DNA of 63,346 nt, counting the filler, from Welwitschia mirabilis (taxonomy: Eukaryota): assembly GCA_051453625.1 (NCBI GenBank). It is 7 parts of one record of this genome, joined end to end, with 100 filler letters (N's around TTAATTAATTAA, not from the genome) between each part and the next. Parts side by side here need not be neighbours in the genome. Positions count along the whole stretch, not along the records: positions 41,089 to 52,380 come from JBOZIK010000001.1; 6 more parts are not named here. One strand, written 5' to 3'. Every line of letters starts with the position of its first letter. The first letter of the stretch is position 1. The translations under genes and the position numbers were made by a program. The notes beneath the pieces were generated by a model that was not told the origin of the DNA, made no database searches, and saw only the letters and a program-made list of their open reading frames with translations. Shown here one piece after another: positions 41,090 to 52,480 of the stretch.

Positions 41090-43060
41090 TTCATCCATTG
41101 ATGCAAGTAACACCTCTTTACTTTTATCCAATAATATATCATGATAATATAAAAGGAATCTTTTCAATGCTAATGGTATAAAACTTTAACTATATCTACC
41201 TGAGGTGCTAGAAAGTTTTCATTTGATAGAGGTAAAAAATTAATTTATTATATTGGCTTTTTTTTCTTACTCTTATCATTAATAGAATTAATTTATACAC
41301 CATTTAGATTACTTTTTATTTTTTCATTTAAGAAAATTTTATTCTTCTTCATTGTCTTTACAATCTAATTATTGTTATCTTTAAACATAATCATATAATT
41401 TTATATCTTAATAGACTTAGTACTAAAATGAACCTATATCTTATTCAATTCATTGTCNNNNNNNNNNNNNNNNNNNNNNNNNNNNNNNNNNNNNNNNNNN
41501 NNNNNNNNNNNNNNNNNNNNNNNNNNNNNNNNNNNNNNNNNNNNNNNNNNNNNNNNNTTCTTATTTGAAAAAATTTAATTCTCCTTCATTTATCTTTGCA
41601 ATCTCATTGATGTTATCTTTAATCATGATCATATCCTCTTTTATCTTCATAGACTTAGTACTAACATGACCCTATCTCTTCTTCAATTCATTGTCACATC
41701 AATGTATTATTTTGTAACTTTTGAGGCTTATTAGCACCTTTTTTTCTCATCTTCTTGCTATTATTATTATCTAGAATCTTAGTCCCACTGGTAATTTGCA
41801 TATTTTATTTCTTTATTTGTACTTCCAAGATAAGACTCCTCAAGAATAGGCTTGATGTTATAATCTTAGTTGCTTATGTACCCTTATTTATTTTTATATT
41901 AATTTACCTTCCATCAATAGTAATAGAGCTTTCATGAAAGATTTACTAGGAGTGGAAGAAAAATTTTCTTCACTAAAAACAACCTCTAGATCTAACTAGA
42001 TGACATATTCTATACATTTGTTATAGGTGTTTCTTATTTCTTCCTTTCAAGGTAATTTCTAACATAGTGAGGTCTTTAACATCGAAAATGTCCCATGTTC
42101 TTAAAATCATTAATTGTATTTTAAAAGACTAATCATCTCTTGATAGCCTTACAAATATATCTCTTCCCCGAGTTGGAAAAGTCTAATTTCTTTCTTGAAG
42201 TTTTTGTATTGCTTTAGTATTAATTGTAGCCTTATTTACTCTACCTATTCTTCTGATCATACCTATATTTTGAGTGAATGATTTCTTTCATGATTGCATT
42301 ATTCTATTATATTAGAAATTCTTCTTTTTTCTCTAATAGTTTTATTCATGATACATAATTCTTCACTAATTCTGATCTTCTCTAAAGATTCTGCAATAGT
42401 CTTTGTTTGAAATAATTTAACTTGATTTTGAATTACTAGATGTAGACCAATCATAATTTTTTTCTTTTACTTTTTTACTACCTACTAATAAGATTATAGA
42501 ACTCATTGGACTTTATATTTATGAAAAATTCTAAGATATATCTATCTCTATATCTTCTCTTAAATTCTTCCCATTTCGTAGGTATTGGAAAACAATGATC
42601 AAAGTCTTTACGCATTTCACCATAAAGTTATTGTTGTTTTTTTTAAATAAGTTGATGAGTATTAAAATTGAACAATTCTAATGTGTTTTATATAAAAATC
42701 AATAATCATACTTCTATATTTGCCATGTTATTGATACCTTCAAAAGCTGAAGGAATCATCCTCTTAACCTGCACCATCATTTTCTTGATAGAGTTACCAT
42801 CTTTTCAATCATTGCTTGCTTATAGAGCTCACCCACTAAGTTGTTAACTAGATTTAATAATGTTCTAACTTTATTTAGTTAGTTAAATACCCTTTTTAGG
42901 GCCATTTTAATCCTATGGGAATAAAAATACACATATTACAAACCTGAATTTCCATGTTAAAACTTGCAACTTTAACAAAGTTAAGCCAAGTGAAATTACA
43001 ACCTACATTTTAACAAAAGTTATTCCCAATGAATTTATCAAACTATGCTCTAATGTTGAA
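41090..43060 (-). pseudogene. Highly decayed Ty3 gag remnants, possibly from two elements
   Basis: VKRMIPSAFEGINNMANIEV*L at ~42705-42770 resembles the chromovirus gag pattern P..F.G..dp..Ae.Wl. Weak knuckle-like text at ~41090-41240. Confidence 0.35.
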
Positions 43061-43754
43061 ATGACTTCATAAAAATTATGCCTAGCAATGAAATGGAAAA
43101 ATATCCTAAGGAATTAGAAAATCCAAAGAACCCAAAGAGATAAAAACAAAATACAAAAAAGAAAGAAGTTTTTAGTTAGATACATAAAATTCATGAAATA
43201 TTTGATAAAAGAAAAAATAAAACCAAAATGGATGGTTTTATGTCTATTACCAGTTCTTCCTCCTAAACTAAGACCTACTTTTGTTTTAGGTGAACAAATA
43301 ATTACTGAGTTAGATATGAATAAACTTATCAAAGAGTTCTTATTCAGAATAAAAATCTTCAAACTAGTTTCAAAATGTAAGGAGGTCCTCTTTATTTAAT
43401 AAGGAAAAAGATTTCATGACATTTCAAAAGTGATTACTTCAAGAAGCCATAGATGCAAGATGAAACAGAAAGTAGAAATGAACAAATAAAAATTGAGCAA
43501 AGAAAAAAATAGAACTCTTACATAAGTTGGAAAAAATTGAAGTTTTTGTAGTGGCCTCTTTTTTTATTTAATTATCAAATATGAACTTAACACCATTATA
43601 TCTAATAGATAGGCAGGGTAAAGATTTTCATTGGTTAGTTTCNNNNNNNNNNNNNNNNNNNNNNNNNNNNNNNNNNNNNNNNNNNNNNNNNNNNNNNNNN
43701 NNNNNNNNNNNNNNNNNNNNNNNNNNNNNNNNNNNNNNNNNNNNNNNNNNNNNN

Positions 43755-43919
43755 AAAGTATTTTCTATGGTGGCATAATGAATAGCAGAAAGAATAGAAG
43801 CACCTAAAACTCCAATAACCCACATTATGTGAAATGTGTTCAAGGTCCAATTACAAAAACCTTGAAGAAACAAGATAAACTGGAAAATTGTAGCAACTCC
43901 AAAACTTGGTGCAAAAAAC
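43755..43919 (-). pseudogene. psbD: Plastid-derived fragment of photosystem II D2 protein gene
   Basis: Translates to [53 protein letters not shown]. This aligns without gaps to D2 [53 protein letters not shown]. The 3' end runs into a gap. Confidence 0.95.
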
Positions 43920-43930
43920 TAAGTAACTTA

Positions 43931-44080
43931 GGATTTGATACCAAAATGTAAAGACTCCAAATCTTTATAGTTGAAAATCTTTAACTTGATACTCCAATAG
44001 TAAAATGTAAGACCCCAAATTTCTTTAGTTAAAAATCTTCAAACTTGATGCTTTGATACTAAAGTGAAAAGATCAAAAAT
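43931..44080 (-). repeat. Three tandem ~60-bp units, each resembling an LTR 3' end plus Met-tRNA PBS
   Basis: Plus-strand consensus GCTTTGATACCAAAATGTAAGACCCCAAAT...GAAAATCTTCAAACTTGAT, with units at ~43931, 43991 and 44050. On the minus strand this reads GGGGTCTTACA-TT-TTGGTATCAAAGC. Confidence 0.7.
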
Positions 44081-45860
44081 ATTTCTCACCTAAAACTTCA
44101 AAAATAAATCCCTTCATCTATTACCTTAGTGACATCACCACCTAACATCCCTAAAATTTTATGCTAAGTTCATCTAAATAGAAATATGATAATTATAATA
44201 ACCTTACCACAACTTAGCTCTAGATGAAAGGTATTAATATAAACCTATAGTATATTTAATTTATAATATTTACATTATCCTAATACATCAAGGGTATTTA
44301 TCCATTAATCATTCATATAAAATAGAAATTTTAGTTATATCTGAGATAAATTTAAATTTTTAAAATATTAAATAAAATGCCTCTTCAAATCTATTTATGT
44401 ATAAGAATAAGAAATAACTAAATATAACCAAATGTAGTTAGGTATTCTACATATTAACCTATCCATGTCAAGAATAAATTACTCTCATATATTTTAGGTA
44501 TCTAAGAAGAACACACTCAGTTCCAGTTAATTATTTAGTAGGTAGTAAACTATGGTTATAAGTTGAATTATTATATTTCTCATGAACTTAGGGTGTAAAA
44601 TTTAGGTATATAATATTTATACTTGTAGCTACCACTAGGAAATATACTCATATAATTTAACTAGTTAAAATATTCTTATGTGGATTCAAACACATGACCA
44701 CTACCTTATTATCTTATCGCACAGTCTATAACCAGTTACATCACTATGCTAAGTTGAGATTTAACTTAGACATTTAAAAAGGTAACTTTATCTTGTACAT
44801 CATCATTGAAGTGCTAACTAGGAAGAAGAAGGGATATTTATATTGGAAAAAACAACTGGTAAGTCATGTGAGAGTAGAGAATGCCACACGATGAAGTGAG
44901 CATTAAATAGAGAAGAATAGTTCATGCTAGAGGGAACACTATGTAAAAAGGAAGGAAGTACTATTATAAATTGGAATCTAATGCATGAAAAAAGTGAAAT
45001 GGTTGGAACTATGGGTCAATGCATACAGAGAACATAAGAAGAAAGAAGATTACAATGCACAAATTATNNNNNNNNNNNNNNNNNNNNNNNNNNNNNNNNN
45101 NNNNNNNNNNNNNNNNNNNNNNNNNNNNNNNNNNNNNNNNNNNNNNNNNNNNNNNNNNNNNNNNNNNNNNNNNNNNNNNNNNNNNNNNNNNNNNNNNNNN
45201 NNNNNNNNNNNNNNNNNNNNNNNNNNNNNNNNNNNNNNNNNNNNNNNNNNNNNNNNNNNNNNNNNNNNNNNNNNNNNNNNNNNNNNNNNNNNNNNNNNNN
45301 NNNNNNNNNNNNNNNNNNNNNNNNNNNNNNNNNNNNNNNNNNNNNNNNNNNNNNNNNNNNNNNNNNNNNNNNNNNNNNNNNNNNNNNNNNNNNATATAAG
45401 AATTTATATGCAACATTAACAAGTATAAAAAGAATTCCAACATGAATAAATGGTTTAAAAGGAGTCAGTGATCATTGAGGTGGTTTTCATACTCTTTTTT
45501 ATTGGTTTTATTATGTTGTCTCCTCTTCTTCTATTTTCACTCCAAATTTTAATATGTATGTAGATGATTCTCTTAACTTAAATAGATGAGGTTTTTCTTT
45601 TATTTTTGGAAAAGTACTTCTTTAATTAACATGAAGGATGAGCATATTGAGCCATATGTAGAATGCTCAAAAACTCATGGAAGAAGAATTCCTGAGGCTG
45701 AGACTGAGATTGAGGATTGGGTTTAAATTAAAAAAATTTTCATTTTGTGTAACATCCTCTCATATGGTGTAACAACAAAAGTTGTTAAGAAGGTTGAGGT
45801 TGGTTGGTAGTTTGAAACTGAGCACTATAAGTGTCTCACCCTTACTAACATTTTATTTAA

Positions 45861-46212
45861 TGCCTTTACTAAAATTAGCATGGTGTTGAATGTGCTTTAA
45901 GATTGCCGCCCTCATTACGCCTTTAATAAAATTGAAATGGCATTAAATGTAATTTAAGATTATCGCCCTCAATAACATCTCTCATTTTCCAAGATGTTAA
46001 GGACAATACTTAATTCTAAAAAAGTTGAGTCATGCCTCATCACAACCCATCTGATCAATCTCACATGCTTGGTTTTTTGAAGAAAGACTTGGTTTTAATC
46101 TATTATTGATTTGCAATGGTGCTAGAAATTGTTTTAGCTTGCAATATTACGTCGGAATTATTTTAGTTTCAATAGCACTTAGGAATTATTTTAGCTTGTA
46201 ATAGCATTTAAG
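45861..46212. repeat. Two small diverged tandem arrays
   Basis: ~57-bp unit GCCTTTA.TAAAATT...TTTAAGATT..CGCCCTCA occurs twice (45862-45975). ~29-bp unit GGAATTATTTTAGCTTGCAATAGCA occurs three times (46122-46212). Confidence 0.8.
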
Positions 46213-47042
46213 AAAAATATATTTATTCTTCATATTATACAAAAAGGATGTACTATAGGCATTTATGCCATTTCTTTCATTATTTGGAAAGGCCCCTTAA
46301 CAGTTTTTCCCACCTCCTCCTTTAATATCCTCTAATTAAAGGGCATTACCTAACATTGTAGCCTCTTATGCTTAATAAAAAACATTCTTATTCAACCTTT
46401 CCCTTTTAACTAATAAATAAAATACTTGAATTGTATAGTACAAATTACCACTAAAAAAAACAATAAAATTCATAAGAAATTCTTTAAGAATGTATAAAAG
46501 AATGATCAGTCAAATATCATATTTCTTTGCAATAATATAATTCAAGGAAAGATATTCACTATACAATGCTTAATGTATCAAAACTGGGAAATTCCATAAA
46601 GTTGTAAGGGACACACATAATAAAAATAGAATTGAACTGTCAATGCACATCTAATAAAACATTATTCAAGAAAGGTATGTAGCATCTTCAAATCATAGTC
46701 ATATAAACTCTAAAAATTTTAACATTTATGAAGAAGATACAAGTTTATTTTGCAAAATTTTTCAACAAGAGTGGAATAATAATCCTTCATATCTTTATGC
46801 GCTCTTTAGTAATCATACTCTAGTTTTTCCACCTGTCACACAAGGAATATGGACTAATAACTATGAAAATATCATAGCTCCTAATATGGTTAAAGAAAGA
46901 CATCGCAAGATAAGTATTTTTCAAATGTCATGATATAAGGAGAAAAGTAAGAACTTCAAGAAACAATTTATATCACAAGTACAATGACCTTATGGTTATG
47001 AAGGAAGAATAACCGATTATAAAATTACATATATTTTAATCA

Positions 47043-47350
47043 CTTCACTACCTCATTTGGAAATCTATAAAGGCCACTACCTCATTTGGTAATTTGTGGT
47101 TTTCATATGATATTTTTGACATTTTACTCATTTTCCTACCTCATTTGTTGATCTGTAAAGTCCAAGACCTCATCTGGTAGGCTGTGGTTCTCATAAAATA
47201 TTTTTTACTTTTCACCTACTTCACTACCTTATTCAGTAATCTATGAAGTTCACTGCCTCATTTGATGAACTACACTTAATTTATCATTTCCATTTACTCA
47301 TTTGATAATTTGTGAAATTCTCATCTTTCACTGTCTCATTTAGAAATCTC
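47043..47350. repeat. Hierarchical tandem repeat with core CACTACCTCATTTG
   Basis: About eight diverged cores, arranged as pairs ~29 nt apart within an ~88-nt higher-order unit (starts ~47046, 47134, 47222). Confidence 0.85.
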
Positions 47351-49211
47351 CAAAATATACATAAGTTCTCAAGAATTATGATGTCAAGAGGATTGAGTAT
47401 GAGAGAGGAATAATAATAAATCCTTAATTAATGACTAGAACAACTTGCATTCAGATTATTGAAGACATCAAGTATTAGAAAATAATAGAAGTTGAGATTA
47501 GATACAAGGGTTAAATCTACTTAGTTATCAACATCACGCACGTCTATATTTCATTCATAAGAAAATAGACAAAACAAATACAATACTAGATTACATGCAA
47601 AAAGGGACCAATAAGGGAACAAGAAGGATAGAGCCATATCTATATTGATCATATTATTTGAAGACTTTGAAGTTTTTTAAGTTTCCAAAGATTTTAGACT
47701 TCTTAATCTTTAAGATTCAAAAATAAAGTCTTTTTATAAAATAATCCTGACTTGAGGGAAGGAGAACCCTATTTATAAGGAGAGAACATGGGTAAACAGA
47801 AGAGACTCAAGAATATGGAAGAATACATCATGAGTCAATGATAATGGTGGAGGTTTCATAACACCTCTTAAAGGGTTGCTTAGGCACTAGGCACTTTAAT
47901 AATATTTAAAAGAAATACTTTCTATTTCATCATATTTAATCATAATAATGAAGGGAATAAATAAGCCTTCAAAATTAACATTTAATCATGCATAAATTTT
48001 ATGAAGGTGCAACAATAATGCTAAGTCAATGATATCATCACCAGTACAAGGGCATTCTTGAAGATTATAAACTAATATTTAGTTTTTACAAAGATAAAAG
48101 TGACTCAAAGAATAATCTTTAACATAACAGCACCTTAATAACATAATATCTATATCATTTGAAGATTTTAAAATAATTAAATCTTTTTAAATAATTCATT
48201 AAATTGGATTGTTGCACCTTTTCAAAAGAAATAGAAATATGAAAATGACATGAATTATCTTGATGTTGATTACTTAGTGAAACTGAGCTAGCCTTAAAGT
48301 TTAGCTAATTATAACGAGAAATCTAAAAGAAGAGGAAATTTTTATGAGATTATATTTAGGAATATAATAGATATTATTAAAGGTTNNNNNNNNNNTCTTA
48401 AAGTACATAAACAAGTTTATCCCTTTTATTTATTTTCAATAGATAAGATTTACAAGTTATGAATATGGGTTTCACTATAAAGTCATGTGACCATATAGTT
48501 TAGAATGAATAACTTCATTTGGTATTTGATTATTTCTAAGGATTACTGATTATAAGGCATTATTTATTTATTTATTTATATATTTTTTTTGCAAAAGGTT
48601 AAGCTCATTATAAAATCATATAAGGTCATTGCTCTAAATTATTAAAGATAATTGGAATTATTTTAAGTAATTATCATATGTAACTTTAAGGTAATAGAGT
48701 CTATAATGACTTGAATTCATCATTCCTTTTAATTTGTTTAGGGATTTAGAATTAGCATAGATATAACTAGCATAATGATCATCTAGGTGTTGGAATTATA
48801 GTTAACTTCATGAATACTTTAGAGCTATCACAAATATAATCAACTTTGAGGATTATTAAGGTAGTAAGATTATGATTAGTGTAATCTTTATAATTATTAA
48901 AATTAACATAAATATAATTCAGTATATATTTAAATAGTAGGAAAATTATAAGTATAATGGAATTCATAAGTATTAGAAGATATGATTAAATTCATGCTTA
49001 TTTAAGAGTTAGAGTTATTTTGAAATCTACTATTATCAAAGATATAATTGATTTTACTCATGATTTAAGATTATTAAGGATATAACCAAATTTATAGCTA
49101 TTAGGAATTAAGATTGTTATGGTTAATACTAAATTTATAATTATTAAGGAGAAAGGTTGTTAAAATTATAATTGGATTTATATTCTTATAAAAGTACTAA
49201 ACATAAGTTAT

Positions 49212-50938
49212 TATTATGGTGTAAATTTGTGCAATCTTAAAGTCCTTAGGCAAAATATATAAATCATAATGCTTATACAAAAACTCACACTAGTATAGAT
49301 AGGAGCTAATTAAATGTCATAATTTATTGAAGGCACTAGGCTAGAAGTTAGAGAATTAATTTTAACAAAGTATTTTTAGTCATTTTCCTTTGAGTAAATG
49401 AAAATAAATATTAATTAAAATGCAATGCAAGATGAATAATAATGAAATAAAAATGTAATAAATGATGAATCTATTTAACTACCAATATTTCTATCATCAA
49501 GATTAGTCCTTATAACATAGATTAATTAAGGAAATTATCACTTAATCCTAGCCAATATAATCTGTAAGATACATCAAACGGAATATGCAATTATGGAAAT
49601 ATAATATGAAATGACTAAAATTCTAAACTAATAATGTCAACCTTAATAAAGATTTCCCTCATGATCTAGATAAATTATGAAGCTATCACAAAATCATAAC
49701 CAATGTAAACCATGTGGAAGGTTTACACAATAGAAGTGAAAAAACTTATTGTATTAATCATAAATTAATGTGCACTTACAAATAAAGTATCATCACCTTA
49801 ATGGAGGATACATAGCCTAATACTAAGGAAGACTTCTCTCTATAGCATGGAATGAATGTTTTGTCCTTCAAACTCCCATCACAAGAGTATCCAATATAAA
49901 AATGAATTGCAAGTAAGGATAGGGGGTATTTATAATTTTACATTGAATATCCTAGAACCATAATTCTAAATGTCAGATAATAAAACCTAGTAGCCTAGAT
50001 GGGGTACATGACTCCATTAAAACATAATTCAATTTCACTTATAAAAAGAGTAGTTGTCTTGACTGTCATCTATATGATCTTGAAGATGATGCCTCATAAT
50101 AACAGATGAGTCATTAGCTTCTAACTCTATAGTTAGTTATAGTTAGCCCTACATCTTTAGTCCATGTTAGCATTAATGTCATTCTATATATCATGGAATG
50201 ATAAAGGGGATGATAGATTTCCTTGTCCTTCTAGCTAAGAAAAATCGACATTCTACATCATTGATTTTTTCTTCAAAATGATAAGTATCATAATATGACT
50301 AAAATACCTTTAAATATCTGAGAATTATATGTTTTCATGATTATGCCACTAACTCTCTATAATTATTAAAATTATAGTTAAGGCTATGTAAATGTCCTAT
50401 AAAAGTACTTAAAATACTGCATTAAATACCTACAATTTGGCATCATAACATAGCCCTTCATTTAGCCTTGTGAGTCCTTGATAAAGTAAGTGTTCAAGTA
50501 CAAATTGAAAGCCAAATTAACCAAGATAAATCATAACTAGAAAAATGTAAATTGAGTTTATAAATCTTTACAATATAAGATTAAAAATTAAAATTTGATT
50601 AAGTACTATAATACATCTATAGGTTTCATAATAGATTTGTCATTCTATGTGTCATCTGGATGATAATGGGGATGATACGCTTATAACATTATAATTAAAG
50701 TGAGTGCCTATGAACATGATCAATAAAAAAATCCAAGTACTAAAATCTTCATTATCATAATATAAAAATTTGAATACCACAAAACATTATCATAAGATAT
50801 AAACATGATGACTTAAAAAATGATAATGTGTATGTATAATCAAAGTAGTGATAACTTAAAATAATGAGCATAAATCAAGTAGTGTGTTTAAATAATAATA
50901 TATAAGGGTAAATATATCTAAAATAATCATAACATTAC
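49212..50938 (-). mobile_element. Inverted 3' LTR (49212-50450), PPT and 3' interior of the same Athila-type non-autonomous family
   Basis: The reverse complement reads AAATGAAGGGCTA|TGTTATGATGCCAAATTG... and ends GCACAAATTTACACCATAATA. 50463-50938 resembles the reverse complement of ~28200-28720. Confidence 0.85.
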
Positions 50939-51339
50939 NNNNNNNNNNNNNNNNNNNNNNNNNNNNNNNNNNNNNNNNNNNNNNNNNNNNNNNNNNNNNN
51001 NNNNNNNNNNNNNNNNNNNNNNNNNNNNNNNNNNNNNNTTAAAACATAATTCAATTTCACTTATAAAAATAGTAGTTGTCTTGACTGTCATCTATATGAT
51101 CTTGAAGATGATGCCTCATAATAACAGATGAGTCATTAGCTTTTAACTCTATAGTCAACTCCAAAGTTAACTCTAATGTGCTATTATCCTATTTATTATG
51201 GGAATAACATGTGGGATAACACCTCCTTAGAAAAAGGAACTCATTCACTCAGAGGGAATAATAGTCTTAATTATCTTTTTAGCTTAAGAGAAATGAACCT
51301 TCTATATTATTAATATTTTCCAAAATACTAAGTATTATA

Positions 51340-52380
51340 ATATGCCTGAAATGCCTCCAAATATATCCAGAATTGCATGTTTTCGTGATCATCCCATCAA
51401 CTCTTCATAATCATCAAAATTGCATCTAAACCTATATAAATGTCTTACAAAAGTACTCAAAATACTCCATCAAAATCCTAAAAATTGACATTGCAACATA
51501 GCCCCCCACTTATCCTTATCAGTCCCTAATAATATAAGTGATTAACAACATTGCGAGTTACTTTGATTAAGATAAACAATAACTAGGACAATGTAAATTA
51601 AGTTTAGAAATATTTATCATGTAGGATTAAATATCAAAAAATAACATATTACTTCCATAGAATGCATAATAGATATGTCATCTTCTCTATCGTCTAGATG
51701 ATAGTGGGAATAACAAACTTCTAAAATTAGAATAAAAGTGAAATGCTTCTGAACATGATCATCAAAAAAATCCAAGTATTAAAATCTTTATTATCCCCTT
51801 ACTTAAAATGTTTAGCACATTTCAAGATAATAATGGAATGTTATATGTAAGAATCATCATGAGATATAACCATGATAATCAGAAAATAATGATGTGTATG
51901 CATAATTAAAGGTAGAGATACTCATAATAATGTGTATAAACCAAGGAGTGATAAATCAAAATGATGTATACAAATCAATCAGTGAGTTTTAAATACAAGG
52001 AAAAAATTCAAAAAAAATTATAATGTTACTTTCCTTGTTTATGGTTTCTTGATTATTCTAAATCACACTTGCATGAATGTCTTGTATGTGCTATGGAGGC
52101 CTACTAAATAATGTCCATAATGCATATCATACAAGTAATATATAAAATCATAAATGGATAATCACATCATATATATGTATTGTGAAAACAAAAAATCATC
52201 CCCTTAAAATGTTTGCTCAAATATCTCAAAGATTTCTCAGAAATCTATCTTATCTCTAATAGGAAAATCAATACATATCATATTACAATATGTTAAGAGA
52301 AGTTGTGTCATTTACCTCATCATCCAAGAAACATATGTAAACCAACCCTCAAAAAAAGAAGGATCTAGAAAAATAGTAAA
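51340..52380 (-). mobile_element. Further inverted family copy: LTR start, PPT and 3' interior
   Basis: Reverse complement AAGTGGGGGGCTA|TGTTGCAATG at 51511-51489. The interior is similar to ~27960-28720. Confidence 0.8.
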
Positions 52381-52480
52381 NNNNNNNNNNNNNNNNNNNN
52401 NNNNNNNNNNNNNNNNNNNNNNNNTTAATTAATTAANNNNNNNNNNNNNNNNNNNNNNNNNNNNNNNNNNNNNNNNNNNN

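Noticed and set aside
47043-47350. CRISPR-like repeat/spacer array
   Set aside because: Cores are degenerate, spacers are homologous to each other, there are no cas genes and the context is eukaryotic.
48180-48270. Resemblance of DNSCHFHISI to nanovirus Clink protein
   Set aside because: Only a few residues match from memory, with no LxCxE motif and no nonanucleotide stem-loop seen.
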